Positions 29,307 through 39,158 of a DNA stretch of 64,000 nt are shown here, in pieces. The stretch is from IMG/VR virus record IMGVR_UViG_3300005856_000023, positions 65,011-129,010 of that record; one strand, 5' to 3'. The DNA comes from a virus. The position numbers and the translations under genes are program-made. The notes beneath the pieces are model-generated. The model was not told the DNA's origin, did not search any database, and worked only from the letters and a program-made list of their open reading frames with translations. The stretch's first letter is position 1. Each line of letters starts with the position of its first letter.

Positions 29307-30310
29307 TATGCTAACCTCCTGACTAAGATATAACCTGAAGTTGGTTGTGGAAAAGTAATAGTTCCGAGCGAAGTCCAGACTGTTGTACTATCTTTCCAAT
29401 CTGTAGAAAAAACTACAATAGTTGGGGTATCAATACTACTTCCATATACATCGTAAACACCCTTCACATTTTTATATTGAGTGAAATTTGTGATAAAAAA
29501 CGTACAATTAGAAAAAAGCCATCCGCATCTGAATGCTGAATAAGTAGAATAATGGTGGCCAAGATCAATAGAATTTCTATATATAGTTGCATATACAAAA
29601 GCATTTGTATATTGTGTATTATTAGGGTTTAGAAAAATTGGGTCAAAATTTGCACTTTCATCATAAGCATTACTACAAATCAAATGACATTCATAATAAG
29701 TCCCGCTTTGCGTTGCTATTCTTAACGGCACACTCGTTGCGTTGCTAAAACTTATATAAGCCTCTTCTCCAACCTGCAACTCATAATCACTCGTCGCATT
29801 AGTTAAATCAACTCTACGAAATGTATAAACATCGCTTTTCACATAAGTTGCGCTCAAATCTAAAATTCCATTCGCATTGAGAGGGACTATCACATTCGGT
29901 GCTGGAGTAAGACTTGCATGAAATCCATCAACTTTGTCCGCATTTAGCTGTGTAAGTATATAGTTTAAGTCTATAGCTGTATCCATTTCATACGAACTAA
30001 TTCTATAAATAATAACCTTATCCATATCGTATTCAGCATTAATCGGCGATGTTACATACACTTTTGAATTGCTAACCCTATAGGTTGGAGGATCTGTACT
30101 TACATTAAATATTCCAGTTTGTAAGTCATATATGACATACAACGAACTATTCGGTGGAGGTGTTGTTGGTAGATTATAAGAGTCAACTAAAGTTCGAGCT
30201 GTAACATGATTCTTATAATACAGGAGTATTCTATTATTTCGAGAATCGTAAAAGCATTTTGCTTCATAAATTTTTGCTAGAATCGGAATATCTTTTTGTA
30301 ACAAGTCCAT
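29306..30310 (-). CDS. Putative tail fibre / receptor-binding protein
   Basis: NADKVDGFHAS fibre motif followed by a beta-rich C-terminal domain. Confidence 0.65.
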   Translation of the reverse strand: MDLLQKDIPILAKIYEAKCFYDSRNNRILLYYKNHVTARTLVDSYNLPTTPPPNSSLYVIYDLQTGIFNVSTDPPTYRVSNSKVYVTSPINAEYDMDKVIIYRISSYEMDTAIDLNYILTQLNADKVDGFHASLTPAPNVIVPLNANGILDLSATYVKSDVYTFRRVDLTNATSDYELQVGEEAYISFSNATSVPLRIATQSGTYYECHLICSNAYDESANFDPIFLNPNNTQYTNAFVYATIYRNSIDLGHHYSTYSAFRCGWLFSNCTFFITNFTQYKNVKGVYDVYGSSIDTPTIVVFSTDWKDSTTVWTSLGTITFPQPTSGYILVRRLA

Positions 30311-30382
30311 AAAACGTTTAATTGCTTATTAAAACATAAAATGAAAATAATTTTTGTTTAGTTTATACAGCATTGTCTAAGT

Positions 30383-31420
30383 ATGAACAATCTTAAACAA
30401 AAACTTGAACTGGAAAAGATTAAAAAGAAGGAAAGAGAAATTAGAAAGATATTTAAACATGCTAATTTGAAAGATTTTAATGTAGACGATTTTAGTAAGA
30501 ACGTAAACAACATTCCTTATCTTCAATATGCTCTCAACTTGGAAATGTATAACGATATGCTTTTTAAAATCAAATATGTAAATAAAGATCTATCAAATCT
30601 TGTATTTACAGTAGATAAGGATTATGAAGTTGAGATTTTAACAATAAACCTTAATGGACAATTAAGATGGTCAAAAATAGTAGAAGTAAGTGTACATCTA
30701 AATTTGGATGGATATAGCATACAACTAAAAGATGAATATGCTAACAATCTAAAAATGAAACAAACTAATTTTAAAGTATCTAGTGATCATTCTTTACTTG
30801 TTTATGATGTTAGCAAACAGAAAATAATCAAAGCTACACCAAAGAAAATTTCTCGCAATCTAGACAACTATTGTTTTATTGGTTATCCAAAGAAACTATT
30901 CAACAATTATATAGAGATAGAGCGGTACGAAGATTTAGCTTTCATACCTTGTTCTTGGTTTGAATTTAAACCAGAACAAAAGTTAACTTTGTATGATATC
31001 TCAGTTGATGACTCTAATTATTGTTACTTTCATATTTCACCGGGCATATTTGTTGTAGATACTGCAATAGTGTATACACTACATACAGAAGAAGCAAAGA
31101 AAGAAGCCTTAGAAAAAATGTCACTCTCAAAAAATTTGATCTCATCAGAAAATATAAATAATTTCACATATGGTATAGATAAAAATGCTCTGTTTGGATT
31201 AATAGTTGGATCACAAACAAGTCAAGATTTGGGTTATAAATATAATCCAAAGGAATTTAAATTCAATGTTAATAGCATACAAGAGCTTAAAGAATTGCTA
31301 ACAACAAAGTTAGCAGGTAAGTACACAATCTTTGATTACGTTTATGTTGATAATAAAAAACTAACTATAGGACAAGCATTCATAGCATTAACAATTAAAG
31401 AACAGCTTGTTAAGAGATAA
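30383..31420 (+). CDS. rpoC: Split-intein C-part fused to an RNA polymerase beta' fragment (set 2)
   Basis: Hint blocks (KVSSDHSLL; LYDISV...GIFVVD), then TAIVYTLHTEEAKKEALEKMSLSKNLIS, which matches the beta' segment following NADFDGD. Confidence 0.75.
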   Translation: MNNLKQKLELEKIKKKEREIRKIFKHANLKDFNVDDFSKNVNNIPYLQYALNLEMYNDMLFKIKYVNKDLSNLVFTVDKDYEVEILTINLNGQLRWSKIVEVSVHLNLDGYSIQLKDEYANNLKMKQTNFKVSSDHSLLVYDVSKQKIIKATPKKISRNLDNYCFIGYPKKLFNNYIEIERYEDLAFIPCSWFEFKPEQKLTLYDISVDDSNYCYFHISPGIFVVDTAIVYTLHTEEAKKEALEKMSLSKNLISSENINNFTYGIDKNALFGLIVGSQTSQDLGYKYNPKEFKFNVNSIQELKELLTTKLAGKYTIFDYVYVDNKKLTIGQAFIALTIKEQLVKR

Positions 31421-31424
31421 TTTT

Positions 31425-31955
31425 TCACCATAAAACAACAATAAAGGAACTAAGTTTTTCAAGATACTCATCTAAAACTCTAAGACTTTGTATACTTGTA
31501 TTCTCTAACTCTTGTCTAATTTTTACAATAGCCTTAATTAATTCATTTGTAAATGATAAAATATCTGCTGATAATGCTTTAACACCATTTTTGTCTTGCA
31601 GATAATATGATTTTATTGCTCCTTCCAGAAAACCCTCAAGTATAAAATGATAAGTGTCGAAAATAATATCAGGGTCGTATGTTAGCAGAAAATTAAAGTT
31701 TTCATCATAAACACTATCGTTTATCTCTTTTATTATCAAGTTGTAGGAGTTAGCTGCTTTACTGAAGAAAGTTAGTTGTGGTATGTTACTCACAAAATCT
31801 AATTTATTGTAATTCTCTACAAGATATTTGCTTTTGATTTTGTTAAGTAGACTATGACCCATGGCTACAAATAGTGAGATTAGATTAACAATATTAGGAT
31901 CTAAGCCATATATTCTATCTACAGGTGTAAATAAAGGATAATTTTTTGTTTGCAT
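31425..31955 (-). CDS. Hypothetical protein
   Basis: 176-aa ORF. Confidence 0.7.
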   Translation of the reverse strand: MQTKNYPLFTPVDRIYGLDPNIVNLISLFVAMGHSLLNKIKSKYLVENYNKLDFVSNIPQLTFFSKAANSYNLIIKEINDSVYDENFNFLLTYDPDIIFDTYHFILEGFLEGAIKSYYLQDKNGVKALSADILSFTNELIKAIVKIRQELENTSIQSLRVLDEYLEKLSSFIVVLW

Positions 31956-31958
31956 AAT

Positions 31959-32513
31959 TTACTGCTTTACGTAAGGCCATAATATAGGTTTACAAAGTTG
32001 TTCAAATTGTTGTAAAGTAAAATTTTCTGCTTGTTTTAGTTTCCAAATAATAAACTCTTCAGGAATTACAAAGTCCTGATCTTCTAACAATGACCATGGA
32101 TTACCAATTACCCATTCACGAGGCAATAATAAATCCTGGTTGTGAACCTTCTCATGTATTGTTTTTGCAATTGGAATTATACCAACTTTCAAATCAAAAT
32201 GCATCTTACATACAAGATTTGCTACATCGAATGTTGTCAGTATGTTCTGCTTCTGTTTGAGTAATGTATGTGTAGCAATCAAACATATCTCATATAATGT
32301 AAGTGGATAATGATGTAACTCTACTTCTACATCCATATAATGTTCGTTAGTTATTCTACAATATTCTCCATCATATTCCTGTCTGATCATTGTTACAAAT
32401 TGTTTGTATTCTTTGCTTGCACGAAATATTCTTTCTATGTTTTTAATGTAAGTTGATTCTTGTTTCTCACTGACAAATCCATCTATGGGCAAACCATATG
32501 ATGTGACAAACAT
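31959..32513 (-). CDS. Hypothetical protein with HNH-like motif
   Basis: C...VELHHYP...HF...IHEKVH pattern. Confidence 0.55.
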   Translation of the reverse strand: MFVTSYGLPIDGFVSEKQESTYIKNIERIFRASKEYKQFVTMIRQEYDGEYCRITNEHYMDVEVELHHYPLTLYEICLIATHTLLKQKQNILTTFDVANLVCKMHFDLKVGIIPIAKTIHEKVHNQDLLLPREWVIGNPWSLLEDQDFVIPEEFIIWKLKQAENFTLQQFEQLCKPILWPYVKQ

Positions 32514-32536
32514 GACTTTTAAAAGCTCATGGAATT

Positions 32537-32971
32537 ATGGCAAACCAAAGCAGCAGACAAGATCTGAGTCGCATATACGATGATATTGTTATACTAAAAG
32601 AAAAATACGATGAACAACAACAACATATACAACAACTATTAAGTTTAAATCAAAAAGTTGATTTCTTGATTGAAGAAATGAAAAGAATATCAAAAGAACT
32701 AACAAAAGTAAGTGACATATTAGTTCAGCAAGCAACAATAAAAAAAGAGATTGAGATGTTAGATTATAGAACGAAGAATGAGATAACTAAAGATCTACAA
32801 ATTTTGAATGAGAGAATTAAGTATGTGGAATTACAAACTGAGGAAATAAAAAATAAACTAGCTCAAGGAGAGAATAAGATAAGTGATATGATAAAGACTT
32901 TGATACTCATGCTACTAGGCTTTATGGTAGGATTGTTTAGCAAAATAATTGAGAAATTTATCTCACAGTAA
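32537..32971 (+). CDS. Coiled-coil protein with C-terminal TM helix
   Basis: Heptad-rich sequence ending in LILMLLGFMVGLF. Confidence 0.65.
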   Translation: MANQSSRQDLSRIYDDIVILKEKYDEQQQHIQQLLSLNQKVDFLIEEMKRISKELTKVSDILVQQATIKKEIEMLDYRTKNEITKDLQILNERIKYVELQTEEIKNKLAQGENKISDMIKTLILMLLGFMVGLFSKIIEKFISQ

Positions 32972-32996
32972 GTTAATGACTACAGCAAACAGATAA

Positions 32997-34439
32997 ATGT
33001 TTAACTATCCTCAATCTCATTTTAAAGAGAATCTATATCAAACACGAGATTTTATATACAATTTATTTAATGATATTGCTCAGAAGTATTTAAAGGTTTA
33101 CAAAGAGATTTTAAAACAAATAAGAGAAAGACAATTAGTTATGGATGACATAAGATCTATGGTTTATGACATAGATAATAATCTAGCATCAGATGAATTA
33201 TTTATGTCTGTTTTGGAAAAAATTGTAATAAAGTTTAATGTTGTTAATCTTGTTAACATCGGAGCTGCAGAACAAACTATACAGAAATTCATACCTACTC
33301 TGAAAGCAAGAGATATTGAGTTGTATGCTCTCATATTTTCAATTTATTCAGCATTCGGATATCTAGAGTATTGGTTTATCAGACATTCTTTGGATACAAC
33401 AAAACTCAAAATAATTGAGAATATCTATGGTAATTTTGTTAACATTATATCTTTCAATCCATTTATTGAAAGAGTTATAACAGATCATCTATTTAGTGAA
33501 ACTAAACCAACACCAGAAAAGATAAAACAGCTTATAGAGAAGATATTGGGAAATGAAGTTATACTGTATCCAGTTTACATTATAAAAAATGATAGTGGAT
33601 TGTTTTACTACATAGCTGAAGAAAATGTTTACTTGCTAGCAAACAGTGAAGACAGACTTTTCATACCAAACTTTATTCCAGCTAACAAAAAGATAAAAAC
33701 AACGTATTTTGTAACATTAAATCAGGCTTATATTGATTACAACTACTTCATACAAAAAATTAAGCAACTGTTAAATTCAACTGATGTTTATAATATTGTG
33801 ATAGAGAATACAATCATATCTCTTACTCCTGTTCAACTTTTAATTGCTTTCATATGTGCGTATTTAATTATACACAATTATACAGAGACCGGAATTATAA
33901 CAACTATAGATGTTCCGAATTCAATTACATTACCTGATCCTAACTATATGGATTTAATTGAAAGTCTCGTTACAGATAACAAGAGTAGGATTTGTTTAAT
34001 TGATTTATCATCTATATTCTGGAAAGCTCTACCTAGGAACTTGGTAAATGTAATTAACAGTAATCCTATTATGAGTTATATAGCTTTACTTGGTTTTATA
34101 TCTTTATTAACAGACATAGATATAGATCTTATTAACATAATAAATGTAAGTTGGTTTAACTCCTTTGTTATGTATCCCTATAAATTATTGCACTCTCTAA
34201 ACAAATTATATTTGTCAACAGAACATGATTATATCACTATAGAAAGTTTCTATAACATAATGGAAACGACTCACGCTTCTGCTGATTATATTAGTCTTGA
34301 TGGTAATCTAATCAAAAAATATGTTAATAAAAACATCGGCTTTGATTATAGATATGCCATATTAATCAATAGCAATGTACAAACTGTTGGTGAAATTTTT
34401 AATCCGGTTTTGTTAGCTAGAGCTCTACTATCATTATAA
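32997..34439 (+). CDS. Hypothetical protein (possibly virion)
   Basis: 480-aa ORF; AGCA-N9-ATG. Confidence 0.7.
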   Translation: MFNYPQSHFKENLYQTRDFIYNLFNDIAQKYLKVYKEILKQIRERQLVMDDIRSMVYDIDNNLASDELFMSVLEKIVIKFNVVNLVNIGAAEQTIQKFIPTLKARDIELYALIFSIYSAFGYLEYWFIRHSLDTTKLKIIENIYGNFVNIISFNPFIERVITDHLFSETKPTPEKIKQLIEKILGNEVILYPVYIIKNDSGLFYYIAEENVYLLANSEDRLFIPNFIPANKKIKTTYFVTLNQAYIDYNYFIQKIKQLLNSTDVYNIVIENTIISLTPVQLLIAFICAYLIIHNYTETGIITTIDVPNSITLPDPNYMDLIESLVTDNKSRICLIDLSSIFWKALPRNLVNVINSNPIMSYIALLGFISLLTDIDIDLINIINVSWFNSFVMYPYKLLHSLNKLYLSTEHDYITIESFYNIMETTHASADYISLDGNLIKKYVNKNIGFDYRYAILINSNVQTVGEIFNPVLLARALLSL

Positions 34440-34442
34440 TTT

Positions 34443-35369
34443 TTACATTCCACCTTTTTTGAGTGAACTAATTAAATCTTGAGCTGTTTTATGTATTACT
34501 TTTGCGCGAGCACCTGTATGCATAGACTTTAGTAGACCTGTGTATGCAAATTCAGATATCGCATGAGCTGATAATACACCAAGTTGTTTTGAGTTTAGTT
34601 TCTCATATATAAGCCCAGCACAACGTTTACAAATTTTGTTATTAGGTAATGTGCAATATATAGGTGAGTACATTTTGACCTCTTTGCCCACAAATTTATC
34701 TATATTAGTTTCATCCAACAATATATCCACATCCTTTTGCTTTATGAATCTGTATAGGAATCTATGTTTATTTTTGTCTGTTATAGTTACATTTAATAAA
34801 TCTTTTGGTTCACATATTTTATTTACATCAACTTCAACGTTTAAAGCATAAATGGCTTGTCTTAGAAAGTATCCTGGTTTTTGAGTAAACATAACTCTAT
34901 CCAATATACCTTTTCTAGCAGCATTAGCATAATCAAAGAATTCACGTTGATTGATACCTTTTGCTAGAGAGTTTACTACAGGCCTGGGTATAACCTTATT
35001 TCTAACATCTACAAAGTATCCTCTGCTTATGGCTAGTTGTTTGATGTTGTTTCTTGCAGCGCCAATCTTCATAGCATACACACTTGGATTATTAAACGTA
35101 GCATATTTATCAAAATACTGTTTGCTATATTCCTCTAATTTTTTATCATAGGTATCCGGATCAACTTTATCACTTAAATCCTTTACTTCCATTATAACAT
35201 AATCCTTATAACTAGTTGTCATACCTAGCATTGTTGCTAGCTCAAATCCGATTTTTTGTAATGCAGCAATTAATTTAGCAGTTGTTTCTGGTCCATATTC
35301 ATTAAATACTTGTCTTAAAAATGTATTTAGATCTTTTTTTGATTTAAAAGTGATTTTGTTAATATCCAT
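34443..35369 (-). CDS. rpoC: RNA polymerase beta' middle fragment (set 2): bridge helix and trigger loop
   Basis: ARKGILD...PGYFLRQ, SPIYC...ICKRCAG and AISEFAYTGLLKSMHTG. Confidence 0.88.
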   Translation of the reverse strand: MDINKITFKSKKDLNTFLRQVFNEYGPETTAKLIAALQKIGFELATMLGMTTSYKDYVIMEVKDLSDKVDPDTYDKKLEEYSKQYFDKYATFNNPSVYAMKIGAARNNIKQLAISRGYFVDVRNKVIPRPVVNSLAKGINQREFFDYANAARKGILDRVMFTQKPGYFLRQAIYALNVEVDVNKICEPKDLLNVTITDKNKHRFLYRFIKQKDVDILLDETNIDKFVGKEVKMYSPIYCTLPNNKICKRCAGLIYEKLNSKQLGVLSAHAISEFAYTGLLKSMHTGARAKVIHKTAQDLISSLKKGGM

Positions 35370-35380
35370 AATTACTCAGC

Positions 35381-36262
35381 TCAAGATAACTTCAAGAGTT
35401 GTTTTTGTTCTAGTAACTGAGCAAAATCTTTATCAAAATCGGTTGCATAGAAGCCAACAAATATCGGAACTCTAGGAATACCGGCTTCTGTATAATGCAT
35501 ACTCTTTATGTTTAGCTTTTTGCCAATAAACTTTTGTTTATGTTCTGCCACAAATCTTCTTTGTTCCTCTGTCAAACCAGAACCGACATTAAATCTATGA
35601 CCCTTGTACTCACAAACAAAAGCTTTTGCTCTACTGTTTTGAATGATAACGTCCACAACTTTAACATCTATATCTACAAATAGTTTAGCTTTGATCCAGT
35701 TAGATGTTCTGCTTGGAACATAAAAGTGTCCAGCTTTCTTAAACATAGCTCCTTCAAAACCTCTATTGTAATATTGTTTAGCAATTTCCATAAAATATTT
35801 TCTACTATTTTTTGTAGCTCGTATATGTGGGACATATTTAAATCTCTTATCCTTAGTTGAGATATATTTTAATAACTTTTGTAGTTCTTGTTTACGTTCT
35901 TCATATGGAACTTCATAAACTTTGCCTTTTAGTATTGTATCTTGATCAACTATATCAAAAACATAGATTTTTATATTGTTTTGTATATGCTTTGATTTTG
36001 TTTCTGATCTAATTGACATAGTTTGCCAAACATTATTTGCAAAACTTTCACAATCTAAAACATATCCTCTTGGTATCTGTTTGATTATATCTTTGTCAAC
36101 ATCAATATATAGAGTGTTTCCATATCTGCTTATAATATTACCGTCACTAAAAATGAGAGTTCTCAATCCATCTATCTTATATTCGTAAAACCAATTGTTA
36201 TGTTCAATTGTTTTGTCTGACACATCCTGCAACAATTTACCTAATGCTATATGTACTTGCAT
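35381..36262 (-). CDS. ATP-dependent DNA ligase
   Basis: EYKIDGLR (motif I), LDCE, YVFDI, EGAMFK, WIKAK and VGSG (OB domain). Confidence 0.92.
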   Translation of the reverse strand: MQVHIALGKLLQDVSDKTIEHNNWFYEYKIDGLRTLIFSDGNIISRYGNTLYIDVDKDIIKQIPRGYVLDCESFANNVWQTMSIRSETKSKHIQNNIKIYVFDIVDQDTILKGKVYEVPYEERKQELQKLLKYISTKDKRFKYVPHIRATKNSRKYFMEIAKQYYNRGFEGAMFKKAGHFYVPSRTSNWIKAKLFVDIDVKVVDVIIQNSRAKAFVCEYKGHRFNVGSGLTEEQRRFVAEHKQKFIGKKLNIKSMHYTEAGIPRVPIFVGFYATDFDKDFAQLLEQKQLLKLS

Positions 36263-36284
36263 CAATAACGGAGCTGCTAATCAA

Positions 36285-39158
36285 ATGTTAGAGTTGGGTA
36301 TAGTATTGGGATTTGATTTTGATCAACAAGAGGGTAAAACTTTTAAAATTAAAGATTATGATTATCCTACATTTGAACAAGGTTTATACAAAGTGTTATT
36401 ACTTAGAGAACCGAAAAGAACTATTAAAGCATTTCCCATATCTACTTCTGTTTATGTGTATGGAAGAAATTTAGCTTATAGCTATCCTTACATAGCTATA
36501 GGTTCTCTTGTCTTGGTTTATATGTGGCCAGAATCAGATCTAGGTATTATAATAGGTTCTCCACAAATTATAAAAGAAGGAGAATTGCTAAGAAATATGA
36601 CAACTTTATACAAATCTATTTTGGGTAATAACATTGTTGTTACAGAACCAAGTTATTTTCACAATCAATACACTAGTGGTTTAGTTGTTGGACATCCTGA
36701 TGCTTTGTGTAATATTGGAACATTGTTTGGAGCAAAAACGAATGAATTTATTGATATCAATGTTAGTTTTGATGATTTGATTAAAAACAATATTCATTTA
36801 CTTACAGGTTTATCCAAACATTTAAATGTAGATGAAAAAGCATTGTTTGCACAAACAAGACTAAATGCTGAAATAAATAATGAACAGCCTTTTCAATTCA
36901 AAGTTCCTAACATATCTTTTCCAATAGGTTCGTCATTCTTATTACACAGAAGCAGACCCTTGTTGTTAGATTTGTTAAATCAAGATGATAAAAATTACAA
37001 TCAAATCTCTAGTGGAAGAGAATCATATATGGATCACATACTTGTACATAGCAAAGTGCATACATATAATCTGAACAATCTAATCATAAATCAGTACAAT
37101 AATACTGGCTTGTTTAATGCTAGAATTGTAGAATATAAGACTGAAGATAGTAGGATAGTTAATGTAGGTGGATCAAAAGTGGATGAATCAATTGCTTACA
37201 GCAAAAAATTCTACTACCAACCACTTGTTAGTATCAATAATGACACTATTGTGATTAGAGAAAAAGTAGAAACCTTACCCTTTGAAAAACCTTATCTACA
37301 TAGAAGAGTTAGCAAAACATTTAATTTTGAAAAAAGATTATTTGTGAAGCAGGAAAATTTTGCAAATTATTATCAATTTACAACTAGACTTGATGCAACG
37401 GAAAGGTCAATAGTTCATTCTATAATAACACAACAAACAGCAGATACCCAGTCTATAGTAGGTCTACAAGTTGAAACTAAAAATATTAGTAACAATAATA
37501 TCATACGTTCAACAATTGAGATACAAAACAATAGAATATTGCTTGTAGTTGAACAAGGTGCAGATCAATCAATAATTGAAATGACTCCTACAAAAATTAC
37601 AATACATGCAAAGCAAATAGAGATATTAGGTGAAAACATATCGATACTAAGTAGTAATCCTATCAAAGGTTATATACTTAGATCTGTGTATGCAGATCAA
37701 CGCGCACCAGGTCCATCTGTTTCTTATCATCCATATAATGTTAAGGTTTCATCTTACATACAAAATGGTAATAATACTCAAAACATACTTTCACCAACAT
37801 ACAGTAATTCAGGTACAAATTCTAAACTAAGAATTATAACGGAAACAAAATTAAAAACTATGCTACTTAACACTACAGATCAAACTATTAGAGAATTAAG
37901 TAATTTGTTTGAGTCAATAAAAAGAGAAGTTAAAAGATTAAAACCTAATAATGTAGACAACTTACTTTCGAAAATATGTAATTTATTTTCCATTTTGTCT
38001 ATGATACCAGCTGCTATAACACAACTATTGATCAATTTAGCTTCGGCTGCTTTACCTTTGTTAATAAGCCAACTATCAAGTATAGTTAATACAATCTTAA
38101 GAGTTATTGATAATGTAATAAGTTCAATTACAAATATTATTCAACGAAGTCCTATATTTCATTTACTAAAACAAATATCTAATGTTTTAGCTTCCTTTCT
38201 AGCTGCAATTTTACAATCTATAAATGCTTTACTTAATGATATTAGTTCATTACTGAGTAACATTGGCTTTAGCATTAATAATATACTAGATGTTACTCTA
38301 CCATTATTAGCACTGGCAGAATGTATTGTAAGTTACATAAGGACAATTCGTAACGAAAATCCTGCTCTTTCTATTGATCCGATAGATGATATAATTAACG
38401 ATAGCAATCCAAATAAATTAACAGACTACAAAGTCAAAATAAAAGGAAAACGTCTAGAATTAGATTCACAAACATATACCATAAATGGTTCTCATGCAAA
38501 CATAGATAGAGAACAAATGATGAGTTTAATAAACAATGAAACTGTTAATAGTTTGAATTTATATGATGGCTTAATAACTTTGCTTGAAGGTGGTATGTTG
38601 CAAATAATCAATGGTAGTTATCTAAATCTGAATGAATATAATATAACTTCTGGTATCATCAAATTTGGTTCTGGTAGAATTGGCAATATAGCAATTAATC
38701 ATGGTCATGCTAATGTCAAGTCGGGTAATATAGTTATTGATAACAATAATAGGGAAATTATAATCAATCTTTTGTTACAAGGACAGTTTGTTACCGGCGG
38801 TAGCACTGGTACTACCAGCAGTAGCAATGTTATTGAATTCACAATGGAAATACAAACAACTACAAATACAAGTGATGTTCTAACAGATTTTGTAAATCCA
38901 GATCTCTTAACTTTTAATGAAAAAGCGCTACAAGAACTATCTAGAATGATTGAGAATATTGCTCCATCTGATAAATTCGACAAAAACATAAATATACAAC
39001 CAGATGAATTAAATAATGTCTTAAAAGATATACAAAAAACTATTAATGAGTCATATAATCAAACCATAAATAAATTCAACAAAAACATAAATATACTAAC
39101 AAATGAATTAAATAATGTCTTAAAAGATATACAAAAAACTATTTCTCAAATATGTTAA
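36285..39158 (+). CDS. Putative baseplate hub/spike-associated large protein
   Basis: OB-like N-terminus (P.IGSLVLV) and beta-repeat IEMTPTKITIHAKQIEI. Start moved from 36195 to AGCT-N9-ATG. Confidence 0.5.
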   Translation: MLELGIVLGFDFDQQEGKTFKIKDYDYPTFEQGLYKVLLLREPKRTIKAFPISTSVYVYGRNLAYSYPYIAIGSLVLVYMWPESDLGIIIGSPQIIKEGELLRNMTTLYKSILGNNIVVTEPSYFHNQYTSGLVVGHPDALCNIGTLFGAKTNEFIDINVSFDDLIKNNIHLLTGLSKHLNVDEKALFAQTRLNAEINNEQPFQFKVPNISFPIGSSFLLHRSRPLLLDLLNQDDKNYNQISSGRESYMDHILVHSKVHTYNLNNLIINQYNNTGLFNARIVEYKTEDSRIVNVGGSKVDESIAYSKKFYYQPLVSINNDTIVIREKVETLPFEKPYLHRRVSKTFNFEKRLFVKQENFANYYQFTTRLDATERSIVHSIITQQTADTQSIVGLQVETKNISNNNIIRSTIEIQNNRILLVVEQGADQSIIEMTPTKITIHAKQIEILGENISILSSNPIKGYILRSVYADQRAPGPSVSYHPYNVKVSSYIQNGNNTQNILSPTYSNSGTNSKLRIITETKLKTMLLNTTDQTIRELSNLFESIKREVKRLKPNNVDNLLSKICNLFSILSMIPAAITQLLINLASAALPLLISQLSSIVNTILRVIDNVISSITNIIQRSPIFHLLKQISNVLASFLAAILQSINALLNDISSLLSNIGFSINNILDVTLPLLALAECIVSYIRTIRNENPALSIDPIDDIINDSNPNKLTDYKVKIKGKRLELDSQTYTINGSHANIDREQMMSLINNETVNSLNLYDGLITLLEGGMLQIINGSYLNLNEYNITSGIIKFGSGRIGNIAINHGHANVKSGNIVIDNNNREIIINLLLQGQFVTGGSTGTTSSSNVIEFTMEIQTTTNTSDVLTDFVNPDLLTFNEKALQELSRMIENIAPSDKFDKNINIQPDELNNVLKDIQKTINESYNQTINKFNKNINILTNELNNVLKDIQKTISQIC

